This document shows positions 41,667 through 49,509 of a stretch of 64,000 nt of DNA, in pieces. A model generated the notes under the pieces. The model was not told where the DNA came from and ran no database searches. It worked only from the letters and a program-made list of their open reading frames with translations. Location of the stretch: positions 3,749,579 through 3,813,578 of the forward strand of contig NZ_CP051168.1 in assembly GCF_016446395.1 (NCBI RefSeq). The letters are read 5' to 3'. The stretch's first letter is position 1, and each line of letters begins with the position of its first letter. This DNA comes from [Phormidium] sp. ETS-05 (GTDB taxonomy: Bacteria; Cyanobacteriota; Cyanobacteriia; Cyanobacteriales; Laspinemataceae). Position numbers and translations under genes: made by a program.

Positions 41667-42700
41667 CCCAGCCACTTCCTACCCAGAATCCGATCATTCG
41701 TAGGGGCACGGCATCATCAACCCCCGAGCTGTCACAGAAAATCCCCATAACGCCGTGCCCCTGATTTACACATATGAAAAAAGCCTGCCCCAAAATCCCA
41801 TGATTCGTAGGGGCACGGCATCATCAACCCCCGAGCTGTCACAGAAAATCCCCATAACGCCGTGCCCCTGATTTACACATATGAAAAAAGCCTGCCCCAA
41901 AATCCCATGATTCGTAGGGGCACGGCATCATCAACCCCCAAGCTGTCACGGAAAATCCCGATAACGCCGTGCCCATTATTTACACATATGAGAATACCCT
42001 TGCCCCAAAATCCCATGATTCGTAGGGGCTGTTCTTCATCAACCTCCAAGCTGTCACGGAAAATCCCCATAACGCCGTGCCCCTGATTTACACATATGAA
42101 AAACTCTATACCCCCAAATCCCATCATTCGTAGGGGCACGGCATCATCAACCTCCAAGCTGTCACGGAAAATCTCGATAACGCCGTGCCCCTGATTTACA
42201 CATATGAGCAAATTATAACCCAAAATCCCATGATTCGTAGGGGCTGTTCTTCATCAACCTCCGAACTGTCACGGAAAATCCCCATAACGCCGTGACCCTG
42301 ATTTACACATATGAGCAAATTATAACCCAAAATCCCATGATTCGTAGGGGCTGTTCTTCATCAACCTCCGAACTGTCACGGAAAATCCCCATAACGCCGT
42401 GACCCCCTGATTTACACAGATGAAAGATTCCACACCCCAAAATCCCATCATTCGTAGGGGCTGTTCTTCATCAACCTCCGAACTGTCACGGAAAATCCCC
42501 ATAACGCCGTGCCCCTGATTTACACATATGAGCAAATTATAACCCAAAATCCCATGATTCGTAGGGGCTGTTCTTCATCAACCTCCGAACTGTCACGGAA
42601 AATCTCGATAACGCCGTGCCCTTGATTTATACATATGAGCAGATTATGCCCCAAAATCCCATCATTCGTAGGGGCACGGCATCATCAACCTCTGATATCA
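41655..42700. repeat. tandem array of ~10 copies of a 107-108-bp unit, each with a 10-bp inverted repeat (GGGGCACGGC...GCCGTGCCCC) and a ~15-bp variable segment
   Basis: Unit: cacatatga[variable ~15 nt]ccaaaatcccatgattcgtaggggcacggcatcatcaacc(c/t)cc(g/a)agctgtcacggaaaatccccataacgccgtgcccctgattta. The period measured between equivalent positions (41761 vs 41868) is 107. The first copy overlaps the last codons of the 40428..41666 gene. Confidence 0.85.
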
Positions 42701-43135
42701 AGTCCTACTGCATCGGGATGTGAATAACTGGGGGGGCACGGCATTATGAATATTTCTCGTTCACCCAATATCTTGATGACGCCGTGCCCCTACCAAGATT
42801 AATTTTTATGGGGCAAAAATTAGTTCTGTAGGGTGGGCAGGCACTGCCCACCCTACTACTGGCTGCATCGGGATGTGAATAACTGGGGGGCACGGCATTA
42901 TGAATATTTCTCGTTCACCCAATATCTTGATGACGCCGTGCTACTACCAAGATTAATTTTTATGGGGCAAAAATTAGTTCTGTAGGGTGGGCAGGCACTG
43001 CCCACCCTACTACTGGCTGCATCGGGATGTGAATAACTGGGGGGCACGGCATTATGAATATTTCTCGTTTATTCAATATCTTGATGACGCCATGCCCCTA
43101 CAAATATTAATTTTTATGGGGCAAAAACAGCTACC
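42700..43135. repeat. second tandem array, ~155-bp unit x3, combining a GGGCACGGC/GCCGTGCCC hairpin with the GTAGGGTGGGCAGGCACTGCCCACCCTAC palindrome
   Basis: ctgcatcgggatgtgaataactggggggcacggcattatgaatatttctcgttcacccaatatcttgatgacgccgtgcccctaccaagattaatttttatggggcaaaaattagttctgtagggtgggcaggcactgcccaccctactactgg, repeated at 42708, 42863 and 43017. Confidence 0.85.
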
Positions 43136-43154
43136 GAGTCTAGGACCGCACCCC

Positions 43155-43192
43155 AATAAAAAAAGGTGGGATTGCCTCCCGGCAAACCCACC
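43155..43192 (-). terminator. intrinsic terminator downstream of the RTX gene
   Basis: Minus-strand transcript GGUGGGUUUGCC-GGGA-GGCAAUCCCACC followed by UUUUUUUUAUU. Confidence 0.7.
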
Positions 43193-43244
43193 TCCTGTGA
43201 TGGGGTTGGGTGTGGCCGTAGCTTCACCCAACCGCAGACTGAGT

Positions 43245-45278
43245 TTAGAAAATCACGATGTCGTTGACGTTGACCTGACCTTGCTGGATAACAGCGATGA
43301 CGGAATCTGTACCGTCAGGATTGAGACCGCCATTGTAATCCCAGTACAGGGTGCCGCCACCTGTGGCCGCCGAATCAAAGACGATCGCCGGTATGGTGGT
43401 GCCGCCGGAGAAAGTGCCGGTGTAGTTCTGACCGGAAGCCACCGCGAAGAAGTCCAGACCACTCCGCAGTTGCTGCCCTTGGGTGGCGAGAGCGAAACCT
43501 GTGTCATCGATGTAGATTTTGTCGATACCGGTATCAAAGTCAGTGATGGTATCGTCGCCTTGGTCGGAACCGTTGTAGTAGAAGCCATCGAAGGAGCCGT
43601 CAATCCCGATGAGGAGGTCAGCACCTTTGAAGCCGTAGAGAGTATCATTGCCAGAACGACCGCTCTCGCCACCGAGGGTGTCGGCTTCCGAGCTACCTAC
43701 GAACAGGTCGTTACCCCCACCGCCGATGAGGGTGTCACTGCTATGGCCTGCCACGAGGATATCGTTGCCCGTGCCACCATCCAAGTAGTTGGGACCGCCA
43801 GCAGAAAGAGCAAACAGGGAGTCGTTGCCTTCACCACCTAACAAGGTGTTGCTGCTGGCAACACCGAGGCTAGTGTTGCCGAAGGGGGTGAGGGTGAGGG
43901 TGTCGTTGCCTGCACCGCCATTGAGGGTGCTGCCCGTTCCCCGGGCGGTGAGGGTGTCGTTGCCTTCGCCACCCAACAAGGAAGCGTTATTGTTTACACC
44001 CACATCTAGGCTGTCATCGCCAGCACCGCCCACGAGGGTGGCAGTGCCGCTGCCAATTAGAGTATCACTGCCTTTGCCGCCATCCATCCAGCTACGGCCA
44101 GCAGCGGTTATGGATAAGTAGTCGTTGTCTGTGGCCGCGTCTTCGTCTCCGTCTTTGGTGCCACCAAAGAGGGTATCACCACTGCTGCCGATGAGGCTGT
44201 CGTTGCCCTTGTCACCGTAGAGCCAGTTGGTGCCGCCGCCCACTTCGGTGAAGATAGTGTCGTTACCTTGACCACCGTAGAGGGTGTTGCGTCCGATGCC
44301 GGTGTTGTTAGCCTCATCCAGCGTCAAGCTGTCGTCACCAGTGCCACCGAGCAGATAGCTATCCACACCGATGTAGGTCATGGTGTCTTTGCCGTCGCCG
44401 CCGATGAGGGTGTGGCGTCCCCGATCGCCCCCTTCCGAGTGCAGGCTGTCGTCACCGATGCCACCATCTAGGAAGTTGGCGCGGGGAACACCAGCTAAGG
44501 TAAACGTGTTGGCGTTGGTGGCACCCTGAAGAGAAGTGTTTTGGTTGCCGGGACTGCTCAGAGCGCTGAGCATCATCAGGGTGTCGTTATCTTCGCCACC
44601 CAACAGGGTATCCCTGTCGCCGATGCCAATCACCAAGTCATTGCCCTTATCCCCGGACAAATAGTTATCCCCAGGGTTGGTCGGCGGACCAAAAACACCT
44701 TGCGTGGTGACCACACCTACCGAGCCGGTGCCCGACAAGCCTTGGGTGGTGGAGACTCCCAAGCTAGAGATGGGGGTATTGAAAGGCACGAAGCCACCCG
44801 TACCGCTACTACCACTTCCGGAAAGCTCCACCACCTGGAGGGTGTCATTATCCATCCCGCCGAAGAGGGTATCATCTCCTAAGCCAGAACCGCTGATGAA
44901 GTCGGTGCCGGTGTTACCGAAGGCCAGGTTCCCCCCGCCGCCGTTACCAAAGTTGAAAATATCGTCGTCGCCTAGACCATAGACGATATCGCCGCCCAGG
45001 GTGCCTCTGGACTCAAAGTAGTCATCTCCAAAATCGCCGAAAAACAGGCTGTTGCCCGCCAAGCTGCGCAGGACATCATTATCCTGGCCGCCAAATACCG
45101 TGTCATTGGTGCCAGAAGAAGTGAGGGAGTCATTGTCTCTGTTCCCTGAAATCAGACTGCCGCCCACTGTATCGCTGGTGATGAAGTCAGTGCCATCCAG
45201 GCCAAAAATCGAATCTGGGCCTGCATTGGTAGCACTCATATCCAGCGTGTCGTCGCCAGTAGTTAGGATTCTAACCAT
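43245..45278 (-). CDS. RTX-type calcium-binding repeat protein (hemolysin-type GGxGxDxL repeats), probably secreted
   Basis: Dozens of GGxGNDxL nonapeptides (GGQGNDTIF, GGEGNDTLT, GGAGNDTLT...), 677 aa, acidic, no Cys. GAGGAG RBS. Confidence 0.8.
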   Translation of the reverse strand: MVRILTTGDDTLDMSATNAGPDSIFGLDGTDFITSDTVGGSLISGNRDNDSLTSSGTNDTVFGGQDNDVLRSLAGNSLFFGDFGDDYFESRGTLGGDIVYGLGDDDIFNFGNGGGGNLAFGNTGTDFISGSGLGDDTLFGGMDNDTLQVVELSGSGSSGTGGFVPFNTPISSLGVSTTQGLSGTGSVGVVTTQGVFGPPTNPGDNYLSGDKGNDLVIGIGDRDTLLGGEDNDTLMMLSALSSPGNQNTSLQGATNANTFTLAGVPRANFLDGGIGDDSLHSEGGDRGRHTLIGGDGKDTMTYIGVDSYLLGGTGDDSLTLDEANNTGIGRNTLYGGQGNDTIFTEVGGGTNWLYGDKGNDSLIGSSGDTLFGGTKDGDEDAATDNDYLSITAAGRSWMDGGKGSDTLIGSGTATLVGGAGDDSLDVGVNNNASLLGGEGNDTLTARGTGSTLNGGAGNDTLTLTPFGNTSLGVASSNTLLGGEGNDSLFALSAGGPNYLDGGTGNDILVAGHSSDTLIGGGGNDLFVGSSEADTLGGESGRSGNDTLYGFKGADLLIGIDGSFDGFYYNGSDQGDDTITDFDTGIDKIYIDDTGFALATQGQQLRSGLDFFAVASGQNYTGTFSGGTTIPAIVFDSAATGGGTLYWDYNGGLNPDGTDSVIAVIQQGQVNVNDIVIF

Positions 45279-45759
45279 TCCGTGTTCAACTCCTCATCTG
45301 TTTCTTATCGCTCTTGTCAAGACTGCCCGGAGGCAGCATCCACTTCCAGCCGGAAGACGCATGTTGTCGCCCGGTACTCATGCCAGCAGCAAGTCTAGCC
45401 CAATTCCGTGCTGATGTCCAGTCTAGCGAGATAACAAATTCTTAGATGCTTGCTCCTTCGACTCTGCGGCATGACTTATGATGTTTGTCTTGACACGGCT
45501 CTGATAAAAGACTATAATCACCAGATTGGGGTTCCCCCGCTGGAATTAGCTTGCCGATGTCCGTGTCAATTAATTTTATATTCTATCTGCAGCAATTGAG
45601 ATCTGGTTAAACACCATTATTTTGATTTTCTCCCAATAACAGGTTAATCACCTAGGGATACTGTAGTGGGTGGTGCCCCCTCTACCCCAGGCTGGGCAGT
45701 GCCGGAAATACTTTAACATAGAAGGATGGGTCTGTGTCAGGGAAGAAAAGGCAGCAGCA

Positions 45760-48147
45760 ATGGATGTGAGGATAGCGCAACACGGGAAAGCCGAGGGCGA
45801 GTTAGAAGAGGCCATAACCCGCTACCAGGAGATCCTCGCCACGGAACCGGGGGCGGCTATGGTTCATCACCAACTGGGTGAGGTTTACTTCTCTGTGAGA
45901 AGACTCCCAGAGGCCATAGCCTCAATCCAGCAAGCTATCAAGCTGCAACCAGATTTAGCCGCACCATACAAAACCCTCGGTAACGTCCTCCTCGCTGCTG
46001 GTAATCTAGATGCTGCAGCGAGGTCCTACGCCCAGGCAGTGGCTCTGGCGCCTGATTGGGCTGAGGCTCATGCTAATCTGGGCAGTGCCCTGTACCGCCT
46101 CCTTCAGATGGAGGCAGCCGCTGAATGCTATCAAAAAGCTATTTCCTTAAACCCCAACTTGGCCGGGGTATGGTTAAATTTGGGCAACCTGTGGCGGCAG
46201 CAGGGGCAAATCAATCAGGCATTAGATTGCTGGGAGCAGGCGATAACCCTAAATCCCCAAATTGGCGGCCCCCAGTTACACATCAAGATGGGCAACCTGC
46301 TGTTAGCGCGAGGGGACTATCCAGCCGCCACCGCTAGCTATCAGCAAGCGGTTGACCTTGACCCCAACTCTACAGCCGCTTATTCCAACTTGGGGTCTGC
46401 CCGATTATATCAGGGTCAATTCCAGGAGGCAATAACCGCTTTTCGACAAGCCCTCCAGCTCAACCCTAACTCCGCTGAGGTCCATTGCAACCTGGGTCTG
46501 GCCATAACCCGCCACGGTCAGCAACAGGGTCAGTTATCGGAGGCTACCTTTAATGAAGCCTGCACCTGTTTCCGGCAGGCCATAGAAATCCAAGGGGACC
46601 TGTTCGCAGCGCACCAAGGCATTTTCTATCTTCTCACCACTCCCTATCCGGGTAATTTTGATTTCGAGATTTTAAGAAAATCGGCGGATCAATACCGCCT
46701 GTTTTGCCCGCCAGCATACCAACTCATAGCCACCACCGCTGTGATGATGACCTATCTGGTTTCCGGGTACTATAGGGAGGCAAAAGATATCTTTTTGGAA
46801 ATAGAGCAGAATTTTTCTCAATCAGAACAACTCCCCGACAAAGAAATCATTGCTCAACTCATCTACTCTATGCTGCTGTTCGGCGCCTACCGTCTGCGGG
46901 ATGATTTAAAATCAAACTCCCGCCTATCTTTATTGTTGGGACAAATATATGCCGATTATTTGCGGGAGACCGGATTTAAGACATCACCCACCGAGAATAT
47001 CGTAGGCTGGGCATCTCCCGGGGATAAAAATCGAAATCGTCTATTGAAAATAGGTTTTATTTCCCCAAATTTTTGGCGACATTCCGTTAGCTGGTGCAGT
47101 GCAGATGTTATATCAGAATTAGCCCAAATTTCGCCCCATATTTACTTCTACTACGTCCCGAAAAAGGTTAAAGAGGACGATATGACCGCCAGATTTAAAA
47201 GCATTGGCACCAAGTTTTATCGCCCAAATCAAGCTGCTAATGGTCTGGCTAAAGTTCTGGTTGAAGAAATATTACAAGATGATTTAGATATCCTGGTAGA
47301 TATTGATTCCGCAACCGAACCGTTACACGCTCAAATCCTCTATGGTCAGCCAGCACGAGCCTGCATATCCTGGCTGGGATTTGAAGCGCCATTTATTTCA
47401 GAGCAAAATTACTTTCTGAGTGACTGGCACACTCATCCCCAAGGGGTGGAAAAATATTACCGGGAAAAATTGCTGAGAATGCCGGATTGTTTTGCCGCTG
47501 TAGCTGGATTTAAAAGCCATTCATTGAATCGGGAAGCAGTGCGGACAGCGATGCGCATCGGAGCAGAGCAGGTGGTTTACTTGTGTGCGGCGCCTGCAAC
47601 TAAGCTAAACCCCGAATTAGTCTCGGCACAAATTGCGGTTATTAAGCGTGTCCCTGATAGCGTCCTGATTTATAAAGGACGGGGGGATATTCAGGCAATT
47701 AAGTCACTGTATTGGACGGCTTGCGAGGAGCAATATGTGAGCGCGCATCGGGTGAAGTTTTTAGGCATAACTCCCACAGAAGAGGAACACCGAACTATAT
47801 ACGGTATTGCCGATGTGTTTCTGGATTCTTATCCTTATAATGGCGGCACCCATAATTTAGAGGCTTTGTGGTTTGATTTACCTGTGGTGACGAAAGTGGG
47901 GGAGCAGTTTTTGGCGCGGATGGGTTATTCATTTCTGACCACTCTGGGAATTGCTGAGGGGGTGGCATGGAGTTGGGAGGAATATGTGGAGTGGGGGGTG
48001 AAGTTGGGATTAGATGAGAGTTTGAGGCATCACCTGCGGGAACGGTTGCGAGCATCTAAACAGCCGGATAATTTAGCGCCTTTATGGAATCCCCGCAAAT
48101 TTGCCCGGGATATGTATGGGATATTTGAGCAGTTGATAAATGATTGA
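45760..48147 (+). CDS. TPR-repeat protein fused to an O-GlcNAc-transferase-like (GT41) C-terminal domain
   Basis: N-terminal ~9 TPR units (AxxYxxLGNxLxxxGxxxxAxxxYxxAxxLxP) and a C-terminal GT41-like region (LDSYPYNGGTHNLEALWFDLPVVT). Start uncertain: ATG 45760 (MDVRIAQHG) or GTG 45670. Confidence 0.75.
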   Translation: MDVRIAQHGKAEGELEEAITRYQEILATEPGAAMVHHQLGEVYFSVRRLPEAIASIQQAIKLQPDLAAPYKTLGNVLLAAGNLDAAARSYAQAVALAPDWAEAHANLGSALYRLLQMEAAAECYQKAISLNPNLAGVWLNLGNLWRQQGQINQALDCWEQAITLNPQIGGPQLHIKMGNLLLARGDYPAATASYQQAVDLDPNSTAAYSNLGSARLYQGQFQEAITAFRQALQLNPNSAEVHCNLGLAITRHGQQQGQLSEATFNEACTCFRQAIEIQGDLFAAHQGIFYLLTTPYPGNFDFEILRKSADQYRLFCPPAYQLIATTAVMMTYLVSGYYREAKDIFLEIEQNFSQSEQLPDKEIIAQLIYSMLLFGAYRLRDDLKSNSRLSLLLGQIYADYLRETGFKTSPTENIVGWASPGDKNRNRLLKIGFISPNFWRHSVSWCSADVISELAQISPHIYFYYVPKKVKEDDMTARFKSIGTKFYRPNQAANGLAKVLVEEILQDDLDILVDIDSATEPLHAQILYGQPARACISWLGFEAPFISEQNYFLSDWHTHPQGVEKYYREKLLRMPDCFAAVAGFKSHSLNREAVRTAMRIGAEQVVYLCAAPATKLNPELVSAQIAVIKRVPDSVLIYKGRGDIQAIKSLYWTACEEQYVSAHRVKFLGITPTEEEHRTIYGIADVFLDSYPYNGGTHNLEALWFDLPVVTKVGEQFLARMGYSFLTTLGIAEGVAWSWEEYVEWGVKLGLDESLRHHLRERLRASKQPDNLAPLWNPRKFARDMYGIFEQLIND

Positions 48148-48431
48148 TGATGAAGGAACATCAAGAGCAACAGCATCCCCAGGCGGGCAAAGATAGGGCT
48201 ATAGTTAACAGTTTGTTGCGGGACCCACCCAATGAGTACAATTTGGCGGAATTAGCCCGGTTGCGGATTCGCTATCAGGGGTTTCCTGGCGCCCGAGATA
48301 TTCAAAGGGATTTAGATAAAATTCTCCAGGTTTGGGGTTTGACAGAAGAGGAATTATTTGAGCGCACGCGGGAAATTCACGCCAAAGGTAGAGTGTATCG
48401 CACCCGCACCGAGCAGGAAGATTGGATTTAA
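48147..48431 (+). CDS. small conserved cyanobacterial protein (DUF3288-like)
   Basis: ATG overlaps the upstream TGA (TGATG). NEYNLAELARLRIRYQGFPGARDIQRDLDKILQVWGLTEEELF; the family assignment is from memory. Confidence 0.5.
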   Translation: MMKEHQEQQHPQAGKDRAIVNSLLRDPPNEYNLAELARLRIRYQGFPGARDIQRDLDKILQVWGLTEEELFERTREIHAKGRVYRTRTEQEDWI

Positions 48432-48516
48432 AACTAGAAACCGGGTTTCTGCGGAGAATCGCCGTCTAGGTACGAGGTCCCCCAGAGAAACCCGGTTTCT
48501 TTCCCCGCCGTGCCCC
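48430..48516. repeat. 87-bp repeat element R1 (two GAAACCCGGTTTC hairpins); direct repeat of 49423-49509
   Basis: aaaactagaaaccgggtttctgcggagaatcgccgtctaggtacgaggtcccccagagaaacccggtttctttccccgccgtgcccc, ~98% identical to the second copy. Confidence 0.85.
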
Positions 48517-48528
48517 ACCGCTCCAAGG

Positions 48529-48561
48529 GTAGGTTGGGTTGAGGAACGAAACCCAACCTAC
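48529..48561. repeat. hairpin repeat GTTGGGTTGAGGAACGAAACCCAACCTAC (intergenic copy)
   Basis: 9-bp stem ggttgggtt/aacccaacc; the same element occurs twice in frame inside the 49509..54035 CDS (about 51867-51953). Confidence 0.8.
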
Positions 48562-48651
48562 AGCAGTTTTTCCCCGTTTCCACCGGCGGGATGTCAGCTT
48601 GGCATCCCCCAGAGGCGACGTGAAATCCATTTTGTGCCCTATAATTGAGCC

Positions 48652-48978
48652 ATGTCAGATATATATGTCGTAATTCGCAACCAAAACAATGTAGCCATGA
48701 CATCAGTTGATGGTGAGCCCGTCAGGGTGTTTGTCCTACGAGAAGGGCTGATCTATGATGAGCAACCAGTGGGGCTGAGATTTGCGGACGCCCATTTTTA
48801 TAACTTCCCCTTGGGCAAATGTACTGTAGTAGCCAGACATCCTAGCCTCAATCCTGTGGAAGCTGAGCGAGAAGTGGATCTGGCTGCAGGAGAAGCGTTG
48901 ATAGTAAGATATTTCTACTTAGAACCTGAGAAACAACTGCTGAGAATCCAAGTCACCGCAGAGCGATTAGACACTTAA
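48652..48978 (+). CDS. hypothetical protein
   Basis: 108-aa ORF, ATG start, no recognisable family; lies between the two 87-bp direct repeats. Confidence 0.5.
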   Translation: MSDIYVVIRNQNNVAMTSVDGEPVRVFVLREGLIYDEQPVGLRFADAHFYNFPLGKCTVVARHPSLNPVEAEREVDLAAGEALIVRYFYLEPEKQLLRIQVTAERLDT

Positions 48979-48983
48979 ACTAT

Positions 48984-49190
48984 ATGAAATACGCAGTGGA
49001 TCCGGAATCAATCCAATCTTATAGAATGCGGGTGTTTATGCTGTCCCAAGAATTGCGCCGAGAAACCAACCCGACGCACCGAGCCATGACAGCTTTGTAT
49101 TTAGCAGAGGCGGCAACGACGCTAGCACGAATGGAAGTGCTGGAAGCCCAGAAGGCGGAGACAGCACAGCACAGTGAATCTCCAGTTTAG
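48984..49190 (+). CDS. hypothetical small protein
   Basis: 68-aa ORF 5 nt after the preceding stop (likely co-transcribed); no family recognised. Confidence 0.4.
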   Translation: MKYAVDPESIQSYRMRVFMLSQELRRETNPTHRAMTALYLAEAATTLARMEVLEAQKAETAQHSESPV

Positions 49191-49422
49191 ATAAAGCGGA
49201 TTGTATATCAATCTGCTACAGTCCAGGATTTACAACCGACAGGAAACCGGGTTTCTTCACAGATACAGCATATTACAGTTGATGGGGCACAGATTAATAA
49301 GTGAATCCGCGTAATTAAATCCCAAATAAAATCAGGGACTAAAAAGACTGGATTTCCGCCTGCGCGCTCGGGGGCAGTTTTGATATGTTTTATGGTAACG
49401 CTGCCTGTGTTGAGTTTATTTT

Positions 49423-49509
49423 AAAACTAGAAACCGGGTTTCCGCGGAGAATCGCCGTCTAGGTACGAGGTCCCCCAGAGAAACCCGGTTTCTTTCCCCG
49501 CCGTGCCCC
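49423..49509. repeat. 87-bp repeat element R2, direct repeat of R1; abuts the stop of the giant glycosyltransferase gene
   Basis: aaaactagaaaccgggtttccgcggagaatcgccgtctaggtacgaggtcccccagagaaacccggtttctttccccgccgtgcccc. Confidence 0.85.

Noticed and set aside
41862-42547. ORFs 41862..42086 (+), 41873..42223 (-), 42320..42547 (-) inside the tandem array
   Set aside because: Periodic pseudo-ORFs generated by the 107-bp repeat; some copies carry stops; no coding signal.
41655-42700. 107-bp tandem array considered as a CRISPR array
   Set aside because: The conserved part (~92 bp) is far longer than the variable part (~15 bp), and several variable segments are identical between copies. No cas genes are nearby. 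It is a minisatellite-like tandem repeat, not repeat-spacer architecture.
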